DNA of 64,000 bases from Octopus vulgaris (lineage: Eukaryota). Shown in pieces: positions 27,655-39,769 of the stretch. The stretch covers positions 56,482,001 through 56,546,000 of the forward strand of contig OX597819.1 of assembly GCA_951406725.2 (NCBI GenBank). Direction: 5' to 3'. The notes under the pieces are model-generated. The model did no database searches, was not told the DNA's origin, and saw only the letters and a program-made list of their open reading frames with translations. The position numbers were made by a program, and so were the translations under genes. How positions within the stretch are numbered: position 1 is the first letter of the stretch; the number at the start of each line of letters is the position of its first letter.

Positions 27655-28812
27655 TAGGAAGGCTGCGTTGTCAGAGCGATGGCACGTTCACTAAGCGGAG
27701 AGGAAACGAAAGCGTCGCGATGGGCCCACGTGGTGTAGGCGAAAAGTGGCAATAAAGCCACAATTCGGTCTTTGGTTGACCAGAGCGGATGAGTGGTGTT
27801 CGAGCCGAAAAAAATGTGTGCGGCTTTACAGGGGCACTTTGCTCGACTGTTCGGGACGAATGGTAGGACGGATAACAGGGCAGACTTCGGTGTCTACATA
27901 GATGGCCTGCCATGACTCTCCGCGAGCAAGGTGGAGTGCTGCGAAAGGTCGATAACAGCCGAGGAGATACAGGAACCGATGAAGAGTTGACGAGAAGTAG
28001 ATCGCCGGGTTTGGATAGTCTGCCCTACAAGCTTTATACTTCGATGCCAGACTTGTTTGCAGGCCTCTTAGCAAAGGTCTACTGCAACTGACACTGCTGA
28101 GAAAGGACTACTCAATGCAGAGTTGAAATTTTGGTCAAGCTGTCAGGCACGAAGTTGGTGCTTGTCGTGGACAAGCTGGTTGACGAGGCGCAAACGAGTG
28201 CCATCCCAATCAGGACTATTCACGATAACCTCCATCGTATGCGCTACATCATAGAGAGGGTGGGTAACGAAGCTAGCATATGTGGGGCTCTGATTAATTT
28301 AGATTAATCCAAAACCTTTGATAGGGTCGACCATCAATACTTGGCAGCTGTCCTGAAAGCAGCCGGTTTCACTCCAGTTTTCCACTTTTGGATCACTGCT
28401 TTATACAGCGGCATCTGCTCGGTTGTTCGGGTAAATGGTCACCTGTCGGAGCCATTCAGCATCTTGCGTTCGCTCCGTCAAGGGTGCCCTCTTTCCTCCT
28501 TTCTGTATGTACTGACTCTTGAGCCATTACTGCGGAATTTGAAGGCTTTGAGGGATGTCCCGCGTGATCTAGGATGTAGGAGAAGTGTGTCTGCTTACGG
28601 TGATGATGTCACCGTCATAGTGTCGAGCCACAAGCATATAGACCTGATTGGCGAAACACTACAAGAATATAAAGTTGTGACAGGAGCAAAAATGAACGCA
28701 GAAATGTCAGTGGGCTTGCAACTAGGCATCTGGAGAGGCAAGTCCATGCCATCCAACAGCGTCGTGGGGCACTGGACAGAGGGTCTCGTTAAATTGCTCG
28801 GAATCTGGTGCA
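27655..28812 (+). mobile_element. Tx1/L1-clade LINE ORF2 (RT) fragment, disrupted
   Basis: AQTSAIPIRTIHDNL, ALINLD*SKTFDRVDHQYL, VNGHLSEPFSILRSLRQGCPLS and VSAYGDDVTVIV. Confidence 0.92.
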
Positions 28813-28905
28813 GCAGCAGCAACAACGGCAGTAGAAACCAACCCCGTCACCGCCAGCAACAGTGACGTCGCCTTCAGCTGTAGCTAGGTCACCAGCAACA
28901 CCACG

Positions 28906-28937
<32 letters not shown>

Positions 28938-30755
28938 AAACACCAGTCGAAGTGCTAACAACAACAACTACTGTAGAAGTAGCAGCAGGAACAAATGAAC
29001 TCCAGCAGCAAAGCGAAGGGTCAGCGAAAATCCCATTTCCTGACCAAACAACTCGGACTGTTCGAGTGCTGAGGTCGAGAAGGGGAAATGGCAAACAGTT
29101 CCCCCCTAGAAAAAAGACAGTAGAAGAAAAGAGGGGGAGGTGCAAACAGCAGGAACTTCGCAACAGCAGCAACAGGCAAACACAGCAACCACCACCAACA
29201 ATAACAACACTACCACCAGCACTACCACCTCAAATGCCGACACAGACTGCACAAACACCACCAGCCTCACAATCATCGACACCGACAATACACCACATGT
29301 TACATAGATTAGAGAAAACACAGACAACACAATGAAAGACTTTGTCTTCCCAACACACAACACACCACCAGCACCACCACAACACAATGAAAGACTTTGT
29401 CTTCCCAACACACAACACACCACCAGCACCACCACAACACAATGAAAGACTTTGTCTTCCCAACACACAACACACCACCAGCACCACCACAACACAATGA
29501 AAGACTTTGTATTCCCAACACACAACACACCACCAGCACCACCACAACACAATGAAAGACTTTGTCTTCCCAACACACAATACACCACCAGCACCACCAC
29601 AACACAATGAAAGACTTTGTATTCCCAACACACAACACACCACCAGCACCACCACAACACAATGAAAGACTTTGTCTTCCCAACACACAACACACCACCA
29701 GCACCACCACAACACAATGAAAGACTTTGTCTTCCCAACACACAACACACCACCAGCACCACCACAACACAATGAAAGACTTTGTCTTCCCAACACACAA
29801 TACACCACCAGCACCACCACAACACAATGAAAGACTTTGTCTTCCCAACACACAACACACCACCAGCACCACCACAACACAATGAAAGACTTTGTCTTCC
29901 CAACACACAATACACCACCAGCACCACCACAAAACAATGAAAGACTTTGTCTTCCCAACACACAACACACCACCAGCACCACCACAACACAATGAAAGAC
30001 TTTGTCTTCCCAACACACAATACACCACCAGCACCACCACAACACAATGAAAGACTTTGTCTTCCCAACACACAATACACCACCAGCACCACCACAACAC
30101 AATGAAAGACTTTGTATTCCCAACACACAATACACCACCAGCACCACCACAACACAATGAAAGACTTTGTCTTCCCAACACACAATACACCACCAGCACC
30201 ACCACAACACAATGAAAGACTTTGTATTCCCAACACACAACACACCACCAGCACCACCACAACACAATGAAAGACTTTGTATTCCCAACACACAACACAC
30301 CACCAGCACCACCACAACACAATGAAAGACTTTGTCTTCCCAACACACAACACACCACCAGCACCACCACAACACATACCAATTTTAAAACTAAAACAGG
30401 ACATGTTTAAGACATTAAAAATAAATTTTCCAAATGCTGGTGTCACATTTAAAAATACATTCTTTAAGAGACTATAAAGACCTCGTGGAAACGCCCGCAG
30501 CAAAAACCAGGGTGGCACCCCTGCCAGACAACTATGGTAACTAGAGCTATTCTTCGGATGGTGGTGGTGGGGGGGGGGGGGTTCCACGAGGTCATTAACG
30601 CGCCTCCCCTATTGGGAGTATTAATTTGTTTCATTTTGTATTGTTATTTATATTGTTTACAAGTGGAAAACCTTTTGTATCGTTCTGTTTTTGTCCTTTA
30701 TGTTGTTTGTCATTTAATGTTTTTGTATGTGAGCCCTTGTGGCGAATAAAATAAA
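28813..30755 (+). mobile_element. 3' part of a probable ORF1-only Tx1-type element containing a 55-bp array
   Basis: Pro/Thr/Gln-rich ORF with VEKGKWQTVPPRKK across a frameshift. No endonuclease or RT sequence follows before a T-rich 3' UTR ending GAGCCCTTGTGGCGAATAAAATAAA. Confidence 0.5.
29325..30376. repeat. 55-bp minisatellite, 19 copies
   Basis: Unit CAACACAATGAAAGACTTTGT(C/A)TTCCCAACACACAA(C/T)ACACCACCAGCACCACCA; period 55 (AATGA at 29331, 29386, 29441 and onward). Confidence 0.98.
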
Positions 30756-30779
30756 TTATGATTATTGTTATTATTAAAG

Positions 30780-31345
30780 CTAAATCTAGTAGAATCGCTA
30801 GCACGCCGGGAAAATGCTTAGTGGCATTTCCTCCGTCGCTACGTTCGGAGTTCAAATACCGCCGAGGTCGACTTTGCCTTTATCCTTTCGGGGACGATAA
30901 ATTAATTACCAGAGAAACACTGGTATCGATGTAGTCGACTGGTCCGCTTCCCCACCGAAATTTCAGGCTTTTTACTTATAGTAGAAAGGATTATTATTAT
31001 CGTTAAAGCAGCGAAGGCGGTGAGCTGAGTTCAATTCCTACTGAGGTCGACTTTGCCTTTCATTCTTTCAGGATCGATGAAATAAGTACAAGATTCGCAC
31101 TTGGATCGATGTAATAGTCTAGCTTCCTTACCCAAAGTTTAAGGCGATGTGCCTATAGTAGAAAATATTATTGTTAAGGTGGGAGCTGGCAGAATCGTTA
31201 CAACGCCAGACAAAATATTCAACTGAATTTCTTACGTCTTTACTTTTCAAGTTCAAATCTCGGCAAGGTGACCTTTGCTTCTAATCTTTTCAGGAACGGC
31301 AAAATAAAGTACAACTGATAGAAGTGGACGGGTTGATGTAATCGA
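30780..31345 (+). mobile_element. Three tandem SINE family A copies
   Basis: Repeated GAGTTCAA...GAGGTCGACTTTGCCTTT core, separated by (ATT)n tails. Confidence 0.8.
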
Positions 31346-31349
31346 CTAG

Positions 31350-31631
31350 CCCCCACCCACATCCACCCTATTCACTGGATTTAGCACGTGTGGACTTCCA
31401 TCCCTTTCCCAAGATGTAAAATGCAGCTCAAAGGTCGTCGTTTTAACGCCGTTGTCGAGATCAAGAGTGAATTGTAGGTCCTTGACTCGCTTATGAACTC
31501 GCAGGAACGCTAGGACCGGTGTAGTGCTGCGCAAGGTGACAATTTCGAAAGAGATGATGTTAAAACTTAGGTAAATAAGATATTTTTTATTAAACATAAC
31601 TAGTCCTGGAACTTTGTGATACCACCTCGTA
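31350..31631 (+). mobile_element. Mariner 3' end fragment
   Basis: PHPPYSLDLARVDFHPFPK, LKGRRFN, QGDNFE; TIR ending GATACCACCTCGTA. Confidence 0.85.
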
Positions 31632-31724
31632 CAGTAATGGTATGTGTGGATGCGGAACACCCAGCCACTTGCACATTATTTTAGGAGCAGGTAATTCAGT
31701 TGATCAATCAAATTAGTCCTGGTC

Positions 31725-32070
31725 TCGCCTTGGTGAATGCTATTACCTTTCCATATGAAAAGGAAGGCGGGGCTGGAGAGAAGGTGTCTGCCAGAATGTA
31801 CGTAGAAAGAAAGATGGATGCGTGTTGCACGGATGAAAGGACCTGCGTGAACGCGCTCTAAGGGTTTCCAAAAGGTGTCGGTTAAAAAGACAAGGCTCGT
31901 GGGGTCAGAGCACACTTGTTTTTTAAACATCATATTGTTTGTTTTGTAATTTGTGTTTCATCCGTTTTCATTTTTATAAAATATTTTATAATCCATTCGA
32001 TGTACATGACCCCCATATCATGTTGTATTGTCCCCCTCTATGTTGGCCCTTTGTGGGCAATAAAGAAAAG
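31725..32070 (+). mobile_element. Severely 5'-truncated Tx1-type LINE with 19-bp TSD, inserted in a SINE tail
   Basis: Perfect direct repeat AATCAAATTAGTCCTGGTC at 31706-31724 and 32071-32089. Reads FHMKRKAGLERRCL..ERWMRVARM, and the 3' end is GGCCCTTTGTGGGCAATAAAGAAA. Confidence 0.8.
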
Positions 32071-33733
32071 AATCAAATTAGTCCTGGTCGTAGAACGACG
32101 GAGAACCACTAGTCAGACCACCAACACCACATAGCTTACATTTCATTCGTACACTTGTAAGCTGCAAATTCTAAAATGTACGCAATTATACATCTTGCAT
32201 TTCTCACTCTATGAACCGTAAAACATCTATTATATTTCCGTTGAATACACAGACATCCAAATATTTCCTGTGGTTCTCAGAAATATACACTCTAACGTTA
32301 CACATTGTCACACAAGCACATACACACTTACATGCAGACATATATGCACACACAACACACACATTCATACACACTCACACATACACAAAATCATATACAA
32401 TCTCGCACACACACACACAAACATATACGTACAAACAAATACCGTGAACTTACTTATTTTTTTATTCGATTTACGCAGAAACGCATTTTTATCAGTTCTT
32501 TAAGTAGAACCAAGATTCGAATTCATGCACACAAAGTTTGATACAACGAAACACAGACACACACACAGATACAAATTTACGTACACATCATCGACTAACA
32601 AACATAGTCTTCATTTTTACTTCAGTTTGTAGTGCTACTTATTTCAATTTTACATTTGACTAGCAACGTTCCCGTTTGAGACGTACAATTTTGTCAGTTT
32701 TCTGAAGCTCCTTCACTCTATTCAACTAAAATCTGTCTTTCTCACTGAAAAAAAAGAAAGAAGTCCTTCATCCATTTATACCTCCCTCTTCTCCTCACAG
32801 ATACAATCTCTCTCTGTTATTAAGTTCTTCAGTTATGTTTTCTTTTCTTATATTTCTTTTGGTTGTTTATTTATTAATGGCATTTATTTTCTGTCAGTTA
32901 TATTACGTTTATATTTTTTTTCTTTTATTTCATGCAATTGTATCAATCTTGTTTTCATTCGATTTATCATAATTTTTGTTATTGTAATTTGGTAAATTCT
33001 ATGGTTATTCAGTTCATTTCAATTATGATTTTCAGGGCTGTTCTTTTCTTTCTTCTGTTCCATTTTCGTATTCGACTAATTACTGTGCTTTTGTGTTTAT
33101 TTTCTATTGCTACTTTACAATACTGGTTTAATATTTTCGCCCATCATTGTACTACCCCATTTTACTGTCGACTTTTCACAACGAAATAATACATTTTTAT
33201 ATATTTCACCCTTTTGTATTGAACGCTCATTTTCTTTTTTCAGTTATTTCATTCATTCTCCTCTTGAAATTCACTGGTTATTATTTTTTTTTAGCTAGAA
33301 AATGAATGGCTTCTATCTGTTTCCAAATCTAAGATTTGTTGAAATAGAAAATTTTTTTTAAATGCGTTAAAACAGCCACAAATAAAGACTCTCCCCGCTC
33401 CCCCACAAAGAAAACTAAGAGTAGAAAGCTTTCAAATACACTTAAAATTGCGGTGGTAGTGTTCTTTCACGATTTAGCTCCGCGGTGGAAAGCTGTTGCA
33501 TTCTGGTAATAAGTTAATTGCTAGGCTTCCAAGAAGCGAAAACAAGTTTCTACTATAAAGCTGAATCAAATGGCGGCTAAATTCCATTAGTTACGGTCCC
33601 TTATTTAGTTATTTTTATAGCAGCAATTATAATAACCAGTATTGCCAATGTTGTATTTTATTTTTGAATTAAAAAAAAAAAAACGAAACAAAAATACAAA
33701 TAAAAAACAAATAATGACGGGAATAAGAAACGT

Positions 33734-33734
<1 letters not shown>

Positions 33735-33764
<30 letters not shown>

Positions 33765-33765
33765 C

Positions 33766-33861
<96 letters not shown>

Positions 33862-33893
33862 ATGTGTGTGTATGTATGTATGTGTGTATGTAT
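33735..33893. repeat. (CTAT)n/(TATG)n microsatellite
   Basis: Direct reading. Confidence 0.95.
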
Positions 33894-33896
33894 GAA

Positions 33897-35183
33897 CAGG
33901 GGTTGGACAAAATAATGGAAATGCCTTAAAATTTCAACCAAATTTACTTTAATACGGGGTAGGATCACTTTTGGCAGTAATTGCAACTTGAATTTTACGA
34001 GGTAGGGACTCGTACAAAGTTTGAATTGTTTCCAAAGGAATTTTCGTCCATTCTTCAGCTAAAACAGTCTCCAGTTCAAGTAGTGATGATGGTGGAGGAT
34101 ATCGACTCCTTACTTGATTTTCTGAAATGCACCATAAATGTTCAGTGATACTGAGTTCTGGGGACTTTGGTGGCCAGATAAGATGTTCAGCTTCTCTAGA
34201 ATGTTCCTTGTACCATTCAGTAATAAATTTAGCTGTGTGAATTGGTGCATTATCATCCTGAAAGATTGCGTTTCACTCCGGAAACAGTTCACAAACATAG
34301 GATGAATTTGATCAGATAAAATGCTTAAATAGCCTTGACTATTAATTCTGCTATGAAAGGAAACCATTTCGTCGGCGGATTTCCAAGATATAGCCCCCAC
34401 CCCACCAGGTCATTACTAATCTTCCTCGATGTTTAACAGTTGGAAGAAGGCGGTCTGGGTTAAATGCTTGTTTAACACCTATACTTCACACCTATACGCA
34501 GCCGGTGGTCGGAAATAAGGTAAAGGAAGACTTGTCTGAGGAAATACCATTCTTCCACTGCCCTAGGGACTAATTCTGTAGGTTTTTACTCCACTCTAAA
34601 CGCATTGCAACGATTGTCTTTGAAAGTAGTATTTTTGTTATTGCAGCCCTCCCGTGGAATCCCGCTTTATGCAGCTCTCGGTGAACAGGTTTTGTGAAAA
34701 CTGGATTCTCGAAGTGGCCATTAAGCTCTGCAGTAATTTTGGGAGCTGTCCTTTTGTTATCCTTTCTAACAATTCGCTTAAGAATCTGACTGTCCGTATT
34801 TGAAAGTTTTGGTTTTCTTCCGGAGTTTTGTTTCGACGAGGAGGTTTTCCCTCTTTCTCAAAGGATGTCATTACTTTGGAGACTGTACTTCTTGATACAC
34901 CAAACATCAAACATTTCAGCGTTTTCGTTACGCTTGCGCCTGCCATATGAGTATCAACAATTTGGCTTCTTTGAAAGTCCGATAGATCTGTCATTTTCAT
35001 GAATTTTAATTACCTTTTTCTGATGATATCTGAAAAGAAACAGCAATTTTAGCAAAACATATTAAGCGACACTAGTAATAAATTTTAAAAAAGCACAAAA
35101 AACAAGCTTATGATAGTTTTATAGATATATCAAAATTATGATGCTATGATGCTAGGTGTTTCCATTATTTTGTCCAACCCCTA
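33897..35183 (-). mobile_element. Tc1-like DNA transposon, near full length, transposase frameshifted
   Basis: TIRs CAGGGGTTGGACAAAATAATGGAAA / TTTCCATTATTTTGTCCAACCCCT. N-terminus MTDLSDFQRSQIV..GVSRSTVSKV (paired-like HTH), then IFQDDNAPIHTAK and WPPKSPELSITEHLW. Confidence 0.95.
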
Positions 35184-35184
35184 G

Positions 35185-35365
35185 ATCGCTATCCACTAAA
35201 CCCTTTTGTATTTTCTCTCCCTTTTTATTTCTGTGTTCCTTTCTGTCGAAGAGCGTAGGCTCGAAACGTAAAAGACTTTCACACTTCCCGAGCATTAAAC
35301 TAATACATCTGTTTGTTGTTTACACACTCGTCTTCGTCTTTTGTTTTTTGTAAACTCTCACTATA
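35185..35365 (+). mobile_element. Short non-autonomous element with minimal hammerhead-like motif (35239-35274)
   Basis: CTTT-CTGTCGA-A-GAGC-GTAG-GCTC-GAAA-CG-TA-AAAG. An inverted homolog lies at about 41098-41296. Confidence 0.65.
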
Positions 35366-35514
35366 TTTTTAGAATACGGTTTTGACCAATCCGCATGTAG
35401 CTTAAACATCACGGTTTGCCAGTCGTACCTATATTCTGTAATTTGTTTATAATCATATATAGAGATATTTTTTAATCCACATCATTAACTGGTTGTTATA
35501 TTATTGTTATTTCT

Positions 35515-35980
35515 GTTCAGAACAGGTTTGAACATTTTAATAAACCGTTTTCCTTTTATCTTTCTTCCAATCTCACTTATGTTATGTAGTTTGTGGAAAG
35601 GAAAAATTAGAAACATTTTCTGTCCACATGTCTCTATATGTTCGCTCAATGGAATTTGTCGAACATTTGTTTTCCGGATTCGTTGTCTATGGACTCGTGA
35701 GCGTTCCGGTAATGCATTCCCTGTCTCGCTTATTTATAGTTCCTCACAATTCAGGTATTTAATGCTGTAGATCAAATTTCTGCTTTTGCTGTTCACATCT
35801 GCATTTGCAAAAATCCGTTCATTTTTTTGTTCTAATGGATCAACCAGTATGTACGTATTGTTATCATTACACTTGGGTATTATGAATGTTTTTCCGTTTG
35901 TTCATGTTGAATTTTGCCTTTGTTAATGGTTTCTTTACACATTTAAATCAGTTCATTGGCATCCTCTCCAGTTTTCCACT
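35515..35980 (-). pseudogene. Penelope-like GIY-YIG endonuclease (inverted fragment)
   Basis: Minus strand SRNLIYSIKYLNCEEL*ISETGNALPERSRVHRQRIR..IPLSEHIETCG..FLIFPFHKL..RFIKMFKPVLN. Confidence 0.85.
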
Positions 35981-35984
35981 GAGG

Positions 35985-36170
35985 CATAATATCAACATCA
36001 AACGAAGCATTTCAAAACTAGAAAAGTTTGCTCTTATACGTCTTAAAAATGATAACACAATTGTCATCAAACAAGCGGATGAAGCGGGTGCAATTATTAT
36101 TATGGATACAGAATATTACTGGGATCTAGCTGAAGATGATTTTAGCGTTACAACGTTCTACCCGCGAAAA
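35985..36170 (+). pseudogene. Penelope-like pre-RT segment
   Basis: LEKFALIRLKNDNTIVIKQADEAGAIIIMDTEYY matches the PLE motif ALxxLxxdxxIVIKPADKGxxxVIMD. Confidence 0.85.
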
Positions 36171-36384
36171 TTGACCAACGCATGTAAGTGGGTGTGCGGG
36201 CGTGCATGTATATGTATAGGCATGTGCCCTTACGCGATTACTATGAACATTTTTACACCCTTACCTTTATCCCTCCCCTTACTTAGCAGTCATTCTAATA
36301 GCTCTTTTGTCTTAATAACGGTCAATCACACAGAAATTTCCCTTTGTTTAACGGTAATTTTCATAGCATTTTTTTCGATGACCC

Positions 36385-36439
36385 GATAACTGAAGAGGTG
36401 CCATCGTGGATTTCTGGCCTGACATCTCGGAGTTTTATC
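36385..36439 (+). ncRNA. Degenerate hammerhead motif in PLE pLTR
   Basis: GATAA-CTGAAGA-GGTG...CATCTC-GGAG-TT-TTATC. Stem I is intact but the GAAA box and stem III are damaged. Confidence 0.45.
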
Positions 36440-36539
36440 ATGGCTACCGAATAATTGACACATATTTACAGATAAAATCCTCTATTTACATAATATCGAG
36501 ATCTCTTTCATTCATTTGTTGTCCTACCATTTCTATCAA

Positions 36540-36608
<69 letters not shown>

Positions 36609-36678
36609 ACAACTTACAAATAAGGGCAAACGAAAAAAATTTCTAATGCCAAATATGCCGAAATTGGACATATTGTCC

Positions 36679-36710
<32 letters not shown>

Positions 36711-36715
<5 letters not shown>

Positions 36716-36770
36716 CTAATGTAGGATAAAATTTTTTTCTCGAAAAATTTTTTATCCTACATTAGTTATA
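36711..36770. repeat. 60-bp hairpin
   Basis: TATAACTAATGTAGGATAAAA ... TTTTATCCTACATTAGTTATA, with 21-bp perfect arms. Confidence 0.9.
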
Positions 36771-36955
36771 AATTGAATAGTGTTCACTTCCGGATTCTCT
36801 CACTCTGTGAAAGTTTCTAGTTCGAATCACACGTGTCTCGAGATGTGCCGAAGATTTTCTATTTTGGATATATTTGGGGTACTTAGGTCTGCTCGGGACT
36901 TAGTGCTTGCTTTTTCCATGGGTATGAATAAGTATTTCACTTATATCTCACGTAT

Positions 36956-37015
36956 TTGCCGCTGAAGAGGGGAAAATTCTTATGAATTAACCCCGAAATT
37001 GGACCAATACGGTAA
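36956..37015 (+). ncRNA. Type I hammerhead ribozyme, intact core
   Basis: Stem I TTGCCG/CGGTAA; CTGAAGA 36962-68; stem II GGGG/CCCC with inner AATTC/GAATT; GAAA 36995-98; stem III ATTG-GAC-CAAT; AUA triplet with predicted cleavage after 37009. Confidence 0.85.
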
Positions 37016-37161
37016 TAACGAATTTTTTAGAAATTTCTATCGGTTTGTTTCGAGACGCATAAATTATAATGGTTATTGACAATTTTTGTCGTTTTTTTGG
37101 CATATTTGGCATTAGAATTTTTCTTTTGCCCTTATCTTGTAAATTATATATATATATATAT

Positions 37162-37224
<63 letters not shown>

Positions 37225-39265
37225 GAGGCATACACATTCGTGCGTCTTTAGGAGTTGCCATCTGTGTATGTATTTATCACTTGCAGTATTTCATTCGACG
37301 GATTCACGCATTTAGTTTGTAGCCATAAATTTGGAGGTAATCATTTTCAATCGACCTCTGACGTAGTTACTGAAGCAAAAAGTATATTTGGAAAATAGAG
37401 CATTCTATTAAAATTCCTTGATATTGGCGTGAAACTGTGGTTCGCAAGTTCAGACGTCACTGGAGAATATAAAATAATTATCCAATCTGCGGGATATGCT
37501 GTTTTATCGAACACTTTAAACTAGTATATGGGTTCAGCAATGTCAAACCACCCAAGAGCCGCCAGTTACACAGCAATTTCATGTAGCTTACATCCATTAG
37601 CATAGCAGGTCCATCATACGTTTTGACACTGTCATTTCGGAGCCAATTATTTGGCGTCGCTTGTTGGACTCTGGCAAATTTGACATCAGGCGTTTAATGG
37701 TTCTCTCGTTTTTTCTCCCTCTCCTTCTCTCCTTGTTTATGTGGATATCCATATTTCTCTTCATCTACATGAGGAGATGGAATTGTTTATGTTAGTCGCG
37801 TTCAATAAATAAACTGGGTTATCTCTTCCACACTCTCTCCTCTCTCTCCTTTTCTATCTGCATGTGCATATTTTTGTGTATTTGTGTGTGTGTATATTTG
37901 CTTCCAGCAACAGAAAAACAATTGTCACCAAAAGAGGTTAAATATCTTGTCAGCCAAGTCAAATAATCTAAACAGTTGCGCCGAATCGTCTCATTCTGCT
38001 TATACCAAAGCAATCTGATATTTTAGAAGTGATAACTAAACGTCTGTCATAGACATCGAGTAACGTCGTGGAAGAAGATAAGAATTACAAGAAGCATGGA
38101 ATCTATTTATCAAATATTACACTCATTATAGCGTTCTAGAATATGATGAGTGTTTACTGTAGAAGATATCCTAATTGCTTTCCTAATGGATTACATTCAC
38201 AAAGTCTGGGAATTTACGCTATAATGTTACATTTGCATGTTTCGCTCTATTTTGCCTTAATCCATTTGAAATTTGCTTGTTTTCTGTCTAAAACATATTA
38301 AGCAGGAAGCAAAAATATTATTCTGATTAACTTAATGAAATCAAATTGCATATTATATATTCCATGTTTTAAAATTAGCAATTGGTTTTGCCTTCCTAAT
38401 ATTCAATATGATTGCTTCTGTTAATCAAATCAACCCACGTGTAAAAAAATATAATCATATTTAGCTTGAAATTATGAGCTGAAAAATCTAATTAGATACC
38501 TTTTCCAGAGAAGTATATACCCGTTAATTTTATTTAGTTTTCACTAAGCTGCTATTTTGTTCGTTGAGTTATACTGTTTGTCAAAATAAAAGTTTTATTG
38601 TAAATTAAGGTAATTATCAAAATTAAAGATTTGTTCAAAAAGCATAGCAAAGACACGAGTAATTTTTTACTGGATTTGTCCCCTGAAGACTTGCCAGTTA
38701 ATGGAAAATTCTGCACATCACTATCCATCTTTCTCCTTCAAGGTAATGGTGAGAACATATAGGTTTTAAGATTCATAGTGAGAGAATTTTACTAGCATGG
38801 CGCAAAGCTGAAGTGCATATAACCCAGTCTCTACTGATTGTTAGATGATCTTATAAAAGTTTTAGAAGTTATTTTATACGTACCACTGCATTGATTATAA
38901 GGACGCAACTGCAAAGTGCTTGGTTATGAAAACCAGAATACCTCTTTGGTAGAATATAAGTTTGCACTCGGTAGACCGAGTGTAGGCATACACACTCTCA
39001 GTTTTTATTATCGCTTTTACAAAATATCTGATAATATCCGAGTGGATGCGCGTTCACTTGTTCCTCTCAAGTTCGACTTTACTGGAAATAAAGCGAAACG
39101 CTCCTCAAGTTATACACTAACTTATTATCAAAAGAGAATGACACTTTATTTAACGTTCTAGATAATTCGAAAAGACGAGATGATTTCAGCGGGAATACTT
39201 CTGACTATACATCTGTTTAGTTAGATATCGACAACAAAGATAAGAAATTATCCTTTCCCTCTCTT

Positions 39266-39333
<68 letters not shown>

Positions 39334-39769
39334 TTACGATTCCTAATATTTGCACTCGATCACTTATTGTTGTGAAGATGTACTGCTGATTCAATTGAGC
39401 CTAATCACTCGACTGTTAATTACTTTAGCAAGTCCAGAATGATTCAAAACAAAAACATTTCGATAACTGAAATCAAATCATAAAACAATGAAATTAAATA
39501 CCAAATGACTGTTTTTCCCTGTCGATGTAACTGTTTTCTCATAAGGAATATGAAAGATGAAGTAACCGGGCACTTGAAAACACTTTGATTTAAATTTGAA
39601 GCCCATTTGATTCAATCATAAACAATACATGACTGTTATACAGTCTCATTTTAACTACTCTGGACGTAGACTGTGTACGGTCATACTTAAGCATTCAGCA
39701 AGTCGAATATTGAAACCCGTTTGTATTCCTTACGGAGGCCGATTCAGAAAATTATTTATATGAATTTAT

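Noticed and set aside
29325-30376. CRISPR array
   Set aside because: Head-to-tail identical units with no unique spacers, no cas genes, and a eukaryotic context.
29106-30587. 493-aa Cys/Val/Trp-rich ORF and its two overlapping frames
   Set aside because: By-product of a stop-free 55-bp tandem unit; the same peptide appears in all three frames.
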